This document shows, piece by piece, positions 12,375-25,085 of a stretch of DNA of 64,000 bases. Below the pieces are notes generated by a model. That model did not search any database, was not told where the DNA came from, and saw only the letters and a program-made list of their open reading frames with translations. Source of the DNA: Balanoglossus misakiensis. Its lineage: Eukaryota; Animalia; Hemichordata. Made by a program: the position numbers and the translations under genes. Within the stretch, counting starts at the first letter, position 1. Every line of letters starts with the position of its first letter. Location of the stretch: positions 5,702,849-5,766,848 of the forward strand of contig CM082583.2 in NCBI GenBank assembly GCA_040954595.2, read 5' to 3'.

Positions 12375-15149
12375 CTAATGGAAACTAGTGAACTGACTCG
12401 TTTTTATATCGCCTGTTAGTCTTTGGCGCCAGTCTCCAAAGGAAATTATTCAGCATTCACTGAAATTATCGATTGCGCTGTCATCAATAAATTTTCGTTG
12501 GTAAATCTGATTGTATTTTAGTATAAATGACATCGCCTGATGCCAGGTCCATGTGGTTCCAGTGTTCGCCTAAACAATATGGCGCCGACACTATAAAAAT
12601 AGACGGTAGCTGAATGTATAGCCATGAGTTACGGTTCCCTAGCAACCGTATGTCGTATAAATGTGTATTATTATATTTGTACAGGCTGTCGTCGATACTT
12701 GTATAGCTCTTGAACATGTTTGTTTGTTTTCTTCAATCATCAATAACAGAATACACCGAAGGTAGAATGGAAGCGTTCCGGGCATATGTGTTCAGCCGTT
12801 CAATCGCGCAAAGAGCTACGAACGAACCAGGGTATACACTGTACATGAACATGTATGTGGAACCTGTATTCACCTACGTGAACGCGTTCCGTATATTCAG
12901 CCTGAGAAGTGGTCCCTTCAACTCATATGGGCATAGTTAATACCTCTGCTACCTGTTACTCACAGCAGTAGTCTTGCGCCGCGAAAAAACATATAGGGCC
13001 TACCATACTAAACTTAACCGCATTCCCACTCCTTCATTATAGCCCAAACATCAACACCTGCATCGTTATGCCAAATCAAGCGTGTGACCGACTGATTTTT
13101 ATCTGCGCGTACGGAGAATATCAGTAAATCTGTTGATTATCTTTAAGATATGGCATAAAACACGACCGTCAAATGTAAGTAGGCAGCTGCATCAACACTT
13201 GGGAATCCCACACGCATCGCTGCGTCTGTTCTGTACAAAATAAAACATGACAATCCAACTGTAATCTTAACCTATGCGGAAATTGATCGCCGCGAAAATG
13301 CGATGCGTGTTATTTCAATCGCACGGCTAGTGCTTTGAGAAACAGAAGATGACACGGAAATTTAAACGCGCTTCTCACACGCCGGCGAGGGAAGAAAAAT
13401 AGCGAAGTTGTGAGGCTTCGTATAGGGTCCCTCCAAACGATGGTTGAGGCGTTCCCGACTACAACTAGAACACCCGGACATGTATGAAACTAGAACACCC
13501 GCAAAAATGTAATTTGCAATTCGATTTTGAAAATGAAATTGGACGTGGAACCAGGAAGCGACTCATCTGATCGCTGCCTATGGTATGGGTGATATTCCAC
13601 CGATATGCATCTTTAATTTCCATCGAATTTGATCTTTGACCTACATCTTCTTCCCGAATTACACGTGCATTACACGACCAACGTCACAGCTGGAAGTCTG
13701 CATTGTCCACAGCGAAAAAAAAATGATATCGAATCAAACCGATTTCGAGTGCGAAGAAGGCCTGTAATTATATTTCGGTCAGCCCATGCAGTCATGTCGA
13801 ATTTAATCAACGCCAAAAGTGACTCAACTGGCACCTTTGTCTTTTGACCTATAAAAAGTTCCACATCTGCAGCTCCGTGGCAAGAATGTGCGTGTCGCTC
13901 CACCCACTACTAGTCACAATGTAGAACAAGCTGGATGGAATATTAATCCATTTCTTTACCCCAGTGTTGCCACTCTTGCCAGCTTTTGTGTAGACTGCCT
14001 TGAATGCGAGGATGGCCACGTGGTGGCGCAAGTACTGGTGTATTCAACCACATCTGTTGTGCTCGCGTAAATAAAGTGCTTTCTCAGCAATATGCAAAAC
14101 CATCTCGCCGCCAAGAATTGCTTATGGCCAGCTAAATTTTCAGATGTACTTCCAAAGGTTATGTTGTCCTTAAAACGTTAATTTACAATTTTTACAGTAG
14201 ATCCGCAGATGAAGAACTGGAGAATCTACCGGCTTTTTTAAAACTCAGCAACGCCGTAAAAGGCGAGAAAGCTTTTAAAATTAATATGTCGTTTTTCTTT
14301 TGTGTGAAAAAATGCAAATGCGAGAAGTTCAACTTAAACTACTTGATAAAGTTCAGATTACTGTTTGGCGGCGTTGCTTCCCATCGTTAGAGTCCGTGAC
14401 GATTTGTATATTTTCCCTCGCATCACTGTCAGCAGGATCATCAGTTTCCTCGCGAGCCTGGCTAATCGGACCCAGCCGAGGGCACAAGCGCGCGTTGCCA
14501 GCTTCGGATTTCTCGGGGTAACAGGGGCCTGGTTACCTGTAGTCCGCAATAATTGGAAGCCGCGAGTAGGATAGGCAGGTGGTTGGTGGTTCTTCGCCCC
14601 GAGAACCGTCCTCCTCGGCCTTTCGTTTCTCTACAGCTGCACGTTCAAGCGTGTTGTAACCATAGTGATTTAATCCTATCATCGTAAGATAAAAATGTGT
14701 TTGGCAAATCCCTAAGGCTTCGTTTACCAGAGACGTTCGACAATTCCAATAATATCATATAAGGGTTGTAAAATCTAACCTTTCGAAACTTGCGTATAGC
14801 AATTAGTTAATATTTTATGTTTTCAGTGTATGGTGGCGTTAAGGGAATATTTCTCGAGAATCAGTATACTTGTACTGTAGCTCGACTCTAAGGCAACGCA
14901 GAGGCTATCAAACTCGGCATCTCGATAGGTGGTGAATACCGGTATTCCATTCAAAGGTTTCTTAGATTTTGACCAAAAAATCTTCTGATCAAAAGTTTTG
15001 GTCAGCAAATACAATTTACATTCCACCAAACATTCAAAAGTTGCCAGACTACTACTGAAGAATCGATATATCCATTGAACAATTGACTGCAGTCCACTAC
15101 CCCATTTACAAATTTGCACCATTAACATTTCCATTGTTCAATTTTCACA

Positions 15150-15330
15150 CCCAACCCTTCTTTTGTTTTCTGATGCACCTGGTCCTGCACATATTTTCTA
15201 CTTTGAATACCCCATGATTCTCTGTTCATTCCACGGGTGCATCTGATGAAGGGGACTACATGTTCCCGAAAGCTCATGCTGTAATTTCAACTGTTGATCA
15301 CAGAGTGCTACAAAACTTTAATTCATATTA
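15150..15330 (+). mobile_element. Penelope-like element (PLE) pseudo-LTR remnant
   Basis: ttccac...GCATCTGATGAAG...CGAAAGCTCATGC...tgtt...GTGCTACAA has the hammerhead-bearing pLTR layout known for PLEs. No RT or GIY-YIG ORF remains. Boundaries are approximate. Confidence 0.65.
15239..15279 (+). ncRNA. Minimal type I hammerhead ribozyme
   Basis: Stem I is GCAU (15239-42) with AUGC (15276-79). The core is CUGAUGA (15243-49) plus one A. Stem II is GGGGAC/GUUCCC with a UACAU loop, then GAAA (15268-71). Helix III is reduced to palindromic AGCU, and predicted cleavage is after C15275. Confidence 0.85.
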
Positions 15331-15535
15331 TACCCAACTGAGTAATGTAAAGCCTTGTTCTCACTGTAACGTTTTCAGCGGCGTAGCAACGCTCCAGATA
15401 AGACTCCGACGCAAATATACGGTGGGAACGCGCAGATAAACTGACACTGTTCAGAAGCGCCGCCCTGCGGCGACCTTTGGGCATGGTTATGAGGTAACCT
15501 TTTACCTTTGGTCAGTTTATATTGTGAAGTGAACG

Positions 15536-15685
15536 ATGACGGACGTAAACACAGCATCCACACAGTGACACGGAAACAACTGGTCGGAAGACGAGGTGAG
15601 GATTTTGCTGGCTGTTTGGCGATGAAAGTGGATGGAAGATGATGGACGACACCTCGCGGCGAAGTCGGCTAGAACGCATATGCAG
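15536..15685 (+). pseudogene. Disrupted Myb/SANT-like (trihelix, MSANTD or PIF/Harbinger ORF1-type) DNA-binding-domain exon
   Basis: Translates MTDVNTASTQ*HGNNWSEDEVRILLAVW, then after a frameshift DESGWKMMDDTSRRSRLERIC, and ends at a canonical CAG|GTAAG donor (15685/15686). W-S-x-x-E-V-x-x-L-L-x-x-W is the first helix of Myb/SANT-like domains. Confidence 0.6.
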
Positions 15686-18600
15686 GTAAGGAAACTGGAC
15701 ACATGTCGCTATAATATCATCGGCGCCCGCCATTTTTGTTTGTTGCAATGTAGCCAACATGACCGTTGAGGGCGTTTGGACCATTGTCAAAAAACCTAGT
15801 GTCCTACTGTATTTGCAGAGAGTAAAGACAGACCCTGCAACGTTACAAGGCTAAAATTTATAAAGACGATACGAATCTACTTACTAAATATAGCAAACAT
15901 AAATATACCAGTAGCAAACAAGGGTGCCTAAATTGATTTAAGTGTTCAGTGTTCCCTTGGGATGAGATGCGCTCTTAAAAACATCGTTTACCATAATGCA
16001 TTAATCTCAAACATAACAGTGTACTTGTTTTTCGATCGCATTTCGGTTAACATACTGACTTTTTGGTTTATAAGTATGGCAACTACATGTAAGAAGATTA
16101 CATGCTCTCGGAATAAGACGATTTTTTTCGTGTCCGCAGTATTAGGCAGTCGGCAGCGATTAGATGGATATATCGACGGATGAAAAAAAACGTCTACGCT
16201 TACTGCAGTATTGTCACTGCTATAAGATTTTTTTTTCTTCCCTTTAATCCCGGTGCCTTTAGATTTTTCAAGACAAATAGATTCGTAAAGTTTGAGTGAA
16301 ATTTGGACACGTTTTGGTTTGTCGTGTACGCTTATATTTAAGACAATGCACTCAGAGATACACGTCCTCAAGCTTCTCGTGTGGGCCCTGGTATTACAAT
16401 GCGCCAACACTGTCTGTTTCTTGGAGAAACGTGATCTTGCGATCCACAGATCACCGCTCTTTAGACATGTAGACGATTTCTGGCCGCTCCAGGGCGATAA
16501 ACACAATCGCACCATCGGGCCCAATATATTTCAAATATTAAATCAAAGTGCTTTAACGATATAAAAGAACGGCAGACGTGCGCAAGAATCGACCAAGTAC
16601 CATAATGAGTCAACGCTAAGAAGGGCGATCGAGCAATTCGATTATAATTTATGAGGAGGTATAATGGCTGTTTTACTTTTAATTAAAACACATAACCGAA
16701 GAAGTAAACATTGACACACGCAAATCCAGCAAAACCTTGAATTTGAAATACGCCGTACCCTAAGATGTTGTCAGGGGTTAGCCTATATCGGTACCTTTGG
16801 AAACTGATCTGGACAGTCATCAAATTAAAATAATTGAAGTGTGTCAATTATCCTCCCTGGTTACCTTACAGAGTCATGAAACTAAGTAGCATTGGCAAAT
16901 ACATATGTTGTTTTGATCATTCTGTTTAATGTGTAATTACGCGGGTTTTTGAGCAGATTTTACGAGGAACGCAAACAGTTTGAATCATTAGAAGAAATTA
17001 TTAAAGACCATTTATTTCTTTTGGCACACATGTTTTGGATCATAAGCTTGATCAATTTTTAGTATATAGGGGAATCTTTCTCAAAGTCAGAATTCTTACA
17101 TACAGCTGTGTTTGTGAATTGATTAACAAAGCTTCTAATGGATTTTTTGAGACTCAGTGGGAATACTGATTTTGCCAAACTGGTTTCTGTCATGGCCGGA
17201 TTTTTCCTATGTCTTTTTTACATGTCATTGTTCAGGCTAGAGTTACATGTAGCTAATCCGTAATTACACAATCGTTTCGCGATGTACATTTACTAGTGAG
17301 ATAAGTATGTGCTTTCGCTCTGTATTCGGGCAAATCGCACTCTGTGGAACCTAATCGTGTGCAGTTTCTCATCACATCAGTTAGTTAGGTAGAACCGGGG
17401 TTTGGAGCCAAAACGACCGTCTTCAACAAAAGCACATTATGCGCGCGCACTGTATGGCTTCTTTCATCAAATCCATCCAGGAGTCGATGTCCGTCGTCTC
17501 AGATTTTCTTTTCTCTCACACGGACTCCCAAACAACGACCAGACCACTGAAACGTGCCAAACAGGCAGCTGGGAACGGAGGGAAAATATCACACGTTCGC
17601 CGGGCTAATCAATATCTTAGATTGACCCTCACGCATTCACCCATCGTGCATCGATTCGTATCTGTTTTTCACGCGACTTCGTGTCGTGACACGTGGGTGC
17701 GCGAAAGGTCGGCTTTGCGGCTCCTGTCTGTCGATTTGAAGATTGAATAAGTACATTTGTACATTGTATATCACCGACGGCAGTATTACCTTTTTTTATC
17801 GGGCCATATATTCAAGTCAAAAGCCAGAGCAACTGGGTCACTCAATTATACAAAATGACCACTCAACAATTTATTTTTTAAAACGAGAAACACTTTGAGA
17901 AGGGTAAGGCCAGGTGAAGGCCAGCATAATGCGCGGGAGTTTTCCGCGAAAGGCAAAAGTATAGACTTGGCGCCCGTATTCGATAAAGTGAAACCTCGGA
18001 AAGGGTAAAAATTACTACCGCCACGAAGAATGAATGATCAAGGTTTCGTCGTAACATTTAAACGGTGCGTTTCGTTGCGTTAACAGTTGAGCGTACTTTG
18101 CGCAGCGAGGCGGAAGCCGTAATTAACAAGTGGTGAATAGTGTCGTCCGTACTTTTTGTGTAAATTGTACATGAGACGCCATCGCTGAACTAGTCGGGGA
18201 GGGCCCAGCCTGTTCACACTTGATCGAGAGACCGATTTCAATATCCGGATACAAACGTCTTCAACGTGAAACTACTCAAGGGGTTGCTAATATAATATCA
18301 CAAACTGTCGTAATAAATTCCGACTTCAATGTCAGGCGTAACAGTCAGAGCATCGGGCAATTCCACATCCAGGGATTATCATACTTTTCTGCATTTCCGT
18401 AGATTTGTCGACATAAAATCGGATCACAGAGGGCGCACTGTAAGGCAATCCGTCGACAGGACGCAAGAAAGCTAGATAATTGGCAGTCAGCTGGGCTTCG
18501 GGATATTTCAAAATACTAACTTGCACCTCGAATGCCATAACTTTGTAGGCTTTGATCCAACTCTCAAAAAGTAAAATAAAATGAATTCACCTCTCCATTG

Positions 18601-21600
18601 AAGGACATATTTTCGGTTCCCGGAGGTATCCTTAATAGACAGGTTTCACTGTATGATATCTTAAAAAAAACATCTTTAGTAAGAATCCGAGATTCCCCCG
18701 ACTCTCGTTTGCAGGTTTGTACTACATGTACTTCATTGCATCCAGATCAATGAAGATGCGACATCTGTAAGGGTTTGTCTCATTCGCGTGTTAACTTTAC
18801 CGGCGAGAGACCCCACCTTCGCCGACGCCGTCAAAAAACAGGAACAAGGCCACGTCTACATAGACATACACATGTTCGCCCCTCGAGCGGCCTCTTTGTA
18901 CACGACGAGCGTCGTTGCTCCGAGATACACAAAATCAGTCGCGAGTGTGGTATTGATTTGACTTCTCCGTATCTTTGAGATCACGTTTTGTTGCATAGCT
19001 GACGGCAAAGGAAATTGAAGCTTCAACGCAATAGGCCGACTCCACTTTCTCATAGCTATTCGGTGACAGAGATTTCCAGGGCGGGCGATTTGCAACAACA
19101 CTAGGTGTACATGTCTAGCCATGGTAACTGTTCACTTCCAACGCCTGGCTGACACCTCCCTTTGTCGAATCCCTCCGAGCGGTATAAATCTTCCAATCTA
19201 AAATAATTGAAGCAATAGTCTGAAGGTGGCAAGCATCTCGTGAAAATAAATGAGTACCGCATTGTATCGCAAAGCCACGCCAAGGATGTACACACAAACA
19301 CGACAATTTCGCAAATTGCATGAGCGGCTCAAATTTTCAATTTTGACGGGAAATGGGCGAAACTGACAGATGGTTCACAAATAACAAAAAAAGTCCAACG
19401 CCTATACGTTTGTTGCCGACTGGGTTTTAAAATAACTTCTATATGAAACCATCCTCCCGTCATGTGATCTCACCAAATCCCTCGTCACGTCTCCGGTATA
19501 TGAACTCTTCCAAACCATTATTGTCATCGCAAAGTATATCGGAGATAATGAAACCTAACTATGCACAGTCACCGTTGCAAGCAAATTCGACGCAAATTAA
19601 TTCGATCATTGAATGTAAAATATGGCAATATCCACGGAAGAAGACCCGGAGTGTCGGTGCCGAGGAAAAGATAATCACGGGCGAGCTGATCCCCCGCCAT
19701 CTGGGTGTTTTTGCTGCTCACGCATTCCCGTGTAATAATTATGCGAATATCGATTTCAGCCATAAGCAACTTCGTAAATTGAATATACTTTTGCATCATT
19801 CAGTGTTTTTCATCTCACCGACGTTTCAAAATCCACGCCTGCACTTTTTTTCCCACCTCGATGAAGAAGTTGACACTCAAAACTGCGCGGAGGCACCTTT
19901 CTGTCAGAGGTCGTACGCAGCGTATTTGGTAAATGTTTAAGACATTCTGTAATATGATATACAGGACAGTTGTCTGTACATAGCCAATCGATGAATGGGT
20001 ATTTTACCTGAGGCAGTGTACTTTGGAGACGGGAAAATATGAGCGTGACGTTAATGGTGTGTTTGTACTTGCGTCGAATTGTTCTCATTATCATGGAGGA
20101 GGGGGGGGGGGAGAATAAGGATGATGTTCTTTACAAGCAAATCACCGACTCGGATCCTGCATGACTGTATGTTTACAGGTGACGTGTGGAGGTTAGGTCC
20201 CAGGTGGCACTAACACCGAAATACTGCATAGTGAGCCCAGATTGTTGTTTTTCTATATGCTAATTTAGCAGAGTTACGTAAGACCAACAGCTAAAGCCCT
20301 GGTTTCGATTGTGAGGCGCATACACCGCGCCTTGCTATTTTTAAGATGTTCATAATTTTTTTATTTAATTGTTTTAATGGGCAAGTGCAGAAATTGAAGT
20401 TTCGTTATATTCGATGTGTTAACATGCGCAATGAACCGATGGATGCTTAAAATTTCCTCCATTCATTCAATAAAATCTTACAAGGTGGTCTTGACAGGTG
20501 ACAAAGAGGGGCTCTGTTAATTGGGTCTAATTAATCGTGTCGCGATCGAGGCTGTTCAGCCGGCCACGCTTTGACCTTCGGTACGTATCGCGTCACCCTA
20601 TCATCACAAGCTCAGCTCTGGATCTCGACCCTTTCCCTTGGACCGGCATATCCGCACGGGTTAAGTGCTTCTCATCCCGACTCCGCGAGTGCGACGTTTG
20701 CACTGAGTAAATTGTTTGCGTTCCCGTGGCGCCTTCGGTAATTAGCGAGTCAACTGGCCCAGAGGAACATCGAGAGGCGCGGCGTGCAGTCTGCCTGCGC
20801 ACCGTACATGTACGAGGTGAGCGTTTTACGATGTGTCAGCATTCAGCATTAGTGTCACATTCATGCCAACTGCTAAGTAAAAACTGCGGAGAAAGGGCAG
20901 AAACCCGCCCGCAGGTTGGGAAACCTAGAACTGTTTTTATCCGAGTCCCCTTGTGACTGACACACGCTTATTTCAGCATAACACGTGCGTATAACACTAA
21001 AGTGTGGTGGACGTCACAGTACCGTCAAACTTTAGACACTTTCAATTTATGTCGTTCACGGGTTTTCACGTTGACAAATATTGCACCGTGATACTAAATA
21101 AAAGGGCAGAATAGTCATTTTCAAAAAGAATTACGCGGACTTTTAACCACCAAAGATTAATGACTTTTCATAGACTTCAAGAGAGGCCGAAATCACGCCC
21201 TTTGCATTCATCACAGTAATGGTTCAATGAAGATTTCTATCTACCAACTTAAAAGTAGTTTTCGAAAAAAAACCGGCGAAGATGACGCACGCTGATAAGT
21301 AATCTGTCATGATCGCGGTATGCAATATTTTTTTAATAAACGAAAATGAAGGCTATGAAAATGATATCCACATCTGGCCAATTGTGAATGGTAATAAAAC
21401 GCGAAAATCCATTCATGAAAGGCCATATTAGAATATCCGCGCTGCCGTATATCAAACGGCATCTTGATCGTGATAAAGATAAGTCTTTCCATCGGTTGAC
21501 CTTGTATCTATTTTAGGAATGGGTTATCGTGATCTATTTCTCGCTAAATTGTCACAAATCTAGCGTGTTCGGGGGCTATCGTAAGCGAACTGAGCAGAAA

Positions 21601-24600
21601 TTCAATTTTTTTCAAAGGGAAGCTCGAGCGTATTATTTTGTTTAAACGCACATATGTTCTAACCCACCCTTGCGGAATACCAGTGCGCAAACACAGAGGG
21701 GAAATATTATCCATCCGCGCGAATGTAATCCCTGTAGAAAACACACATTCAAGCCTTATCACAACACTTTGACTGTTGATTATTTTGCTCCATTTCCATG
21801 TAAAGAACGTCAACCACAGACCGTGTGCCGGCGAATGCAAAAAATAGCACAGTACAGAACCGTCCATATGTTCGACAAAATTGGAAACTTGACGTCATAC
21901 ATAGTGTCCATGTGTGCACAGTAGTTTTATCCGATAATGAAAACAATCTCATTGGAGAACTTAGTTAAATTGTTGCGCCCGGCGTGTTTTGCCTCCAATA
22001 AAAGTAATGTTAAAAACAACCAGCGCTTTTGTAGTAAATCTAAATACGGGTTCAAACTGCAGACTCTATTTATTGTGGCATTGTCAAAACCAAGTCTTGC
22101 CATTGTACAGTAAACAAAGAGCCAGCAGGAGACCAGTGTTAAAAAAGAAAATTACTCACACATACCAGGGAAATTCTATAATGCTATCAACATACATGTA
22201 TCGCACATGCTGTTGTTTTAGATTTAATGGTATGAGTTCGTGATTCTGTGTTAAACCAAAAAAAAGTTTCCTGGAATTGCTATGACCAGCTGCGAAAAGT
22301 AAACCTTGGAGATTTTCTCTCTGCTGTTGTTTACGGGAAAGTGTCAGCGGTGAAATATTGAACCTGATTGAGTACTTTTAATCATTATGTTGAAAAATAA
22401 AATAATATTATTTACTTCTTGAATAGCTCTCGATGTAGAATGTGAAATGTTCGCAAATATACTGTGACCAATCGCCTTGAATGGTGGCAAGACTCGTAAA
22501 TTGGCCAGCGCATCTGTATTACCCATATGTCTGTCTGAATATCACTTAAGAGCACTTTGACTCACTCCATTCAAAGTCAATATCACGGAGTCCATGATAA
22601 CGAACCATCTTCAAGCCAGGCAGTTGACTGACTCACTAGTGAAGTGTTTCATAATATGAAAAAAGTAGACACAGCGGAAATCTTGTTTATCACCTGGCAA
22701 GGTGAGATGAAAACAATGAAAATTGTCATTGTTGCGGCGGCCGTGTGATAAGTGAAATAATGAACTTGTTTGGTGGATCGCGTTTAACACCCAGGGGCAC
22801 CTCCTCGTCTCCATAATGTGTACTCGACCAAACTCGATCAATACCTATCACAACGTGTGCAGCGCGTGGCCCCGAATTATTGTCCAAAAGTGTGACGGTG
22901 TCAATTAGACTTGCTGTGGTGCTTGTTTCAAGTAAAAGAAATGTCGCCTGGTGTTAGTTATTAATATGCAAATACAATGTAACTGTTCACAGGTTGAGGT
23001 GTTAATCATAAGCGGTGTGATTTGCATATACACCAGTTTTCAGGTGTTATTATTGACACAAGTTTGTACTGTGCAACGATGGTACTGGCTGTCGTGGTCC
23101 TTTGAGCTCGGTAAGATTTGGATTTCTTCCTGTAAACGCAGTCGCCATTTGTATCGTTCATCTTTAGGTTAAATTAATCTATATATTTATATGTACACGC
23201 AGGCCACCTTAGTTTAACCGTGGTACATTTTACTGCTGTGATCCAGTCATGTTTCAATACTGTGTCTACGTTCAGTTCGATGTAATCAATTGTCTACTTT
23301 TCGTGTCAAGGAGACCATGAACTTGTTCAGTGACAATGTCAGGACACATCATGTTGAATCACACTCAGGAGATCGCCCTTGTTGGCCACGTCAAACTAAA
23401 CTACACGGTCTTTCATCCCGAGGGATGACAGATAAAAACACTGAGGGCGAAACCAGCGTTGCGTTTATGTTTTCCCTATTTTTTGCACACTGTGATCTAG
23501 AAATCAGCAACAAGCCTTTTATATATCAAATACTTGCGCAGACGACGGCTCGTAATATCGCGATTAGGCCTTCTCCCGTCTTTCTCACCAAGTCACGTGA
23601 CAGAGCACTTTCAGGTGACAGGCGTTGACTTTGAGCGGAGCATATGCAATTGAACGACCGAATGATTATATACACCTACTCAGCAATGTGTCCAGGCTGC
23701 AGTATGCAGCGAGGACGCAATCACCATCTACGCTCCAATAAATCAATGACCGGCTGATCGATGCTGCCTCCAGAGACATTTTCGCAAATTGTCTAGTGTC
23801 GACATCGGAAAAAAATACCGCCATTTCAGACCAGCAGCCGAGCCACTGTAAAAGGCAAAATAGAGGGCGCCTCCCACATCGAAATGGTCCATCAATTTTG
23901 GCGGGCAGTGCAGATACACGTACAGTTGCATCGACGCTTTTGGTAGTTTTATAAATTTGGCTATTTTGCCAACATTCTTAAGAAAACCACACACACCGAA
24001 GAACCTATTTGTTTCGCTCGTGTGCTGTCAGTCAAAGTACTCGGTGTCACTCAGCGTAAAATGTCGCCTTGTGTCATGGCTGTCACCGCCGAATGTCAAG
24101 TTAGGATGTACTAGTAGTGTGATGACGCAGATGAAATGTCAAAGGTCATGACTATCAAAACGGCAGGGTGCTTTCTGAGAAAGGCGAATAAGACAGACAG
24201 TCCATAAATGTTGTAATTTCGCCGACCCGTCCATCAATGACTGGAAATGAAAACCTCTCAAGCCAGACGTTCATTGTTGATGATGATGCGCCGTTAATGA
24301 GTGAAAAGTAAGGGCGTGGGGTGAGCAGCCACTTGGGGCCATCATTTCCGTTCTAAAAGACAAAGTCGCCGTATCCTTTGGCCTTATTTGATTATTGTTT
24401 GTGTGTATATCTTAGTATACTTGAAGGCATATTTCCTAATGCATTATTGTGCCGTCATATTGTATGCTGTTACACCTACAATCAATTTGTGAGTAGAACC
24501 CTGGTGATACCTATAACATCTTTATAGCTCGTATCGCATCAAAGATAGCATGTGGGCCTATAACAGTTTCACTATGGCAACGACCGTTAAAAAAGTTAAG

Positions 24601-24926
24601 CACGCAAAATGCCACGTTAAGGTCCAAACCGATGAAGTCAGCGGAAAGGAAGGCACAAAACTAGTTCAGGCCGCCCCAGTCACTCAGCAAAACATTCGCA
24701 CTCATGATAAAATGACGCTTCTGCCCCAAGGCATTGTGTTGATAGCTGTTGGCGATGGGGAATGAGGAAAGAAATGAATTTCTTGATAGGTAAACAAAGC
24801 TATACGTCATAAATGCAGCTGTCAGCGGAACAACAGTAACTTACATTGTACATAATCGAATAATGGCTTACACGTAACCAGCTAGGGAGCTTTCTGATGT
24901 CGTCATCTTAGGTGAAAACATTGCAA

Positions 24927-25085
24927 AGAGAGAGAGAGAGAGAGGGGGGGGGGGTATGTGTGTTTCACACAGCAGAGAGGGTTGGGGTCACTTAATGAGA
25001 GAGAGGGGAGGGGGAGGGACGGACGGACGGAGAGAGAGAGAGAGAGGGAGAGAGAGAGAGGGAGGGAGAGAGAATGAGAGAGAGC
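24927..25085. repeat. Polypurine (GA)n / G-run compound microsatellite
   Basis: (GA)n plus a G-run at 24927-24954, and (GA)n/(GGAC)n/GGGA at about 24997-25085. Confidence 0.95.

Noticed and set aside
13463-13501. 14-bp direct repeat AACTAGAACACCCG x2
   Set aside because: Only two units with an 11-bp spacer, so a local duplication rather than a CRISPR array or element.
13849-14075. TATAAAAAG plus AATAAA about 220 bp apart, as a solo LTR or small gene
   Set aside because: I found no TG..CA ends or TSD, and the TATA equally reads as a minus-strand splice acceptor.
16750-17240. CpG-poor block resembling the interior of a non-autonomous DNA transposon (similar impression at 41830-42060)
   Set aside because: I could not define TIRs, TSDs or a second copy by eye.
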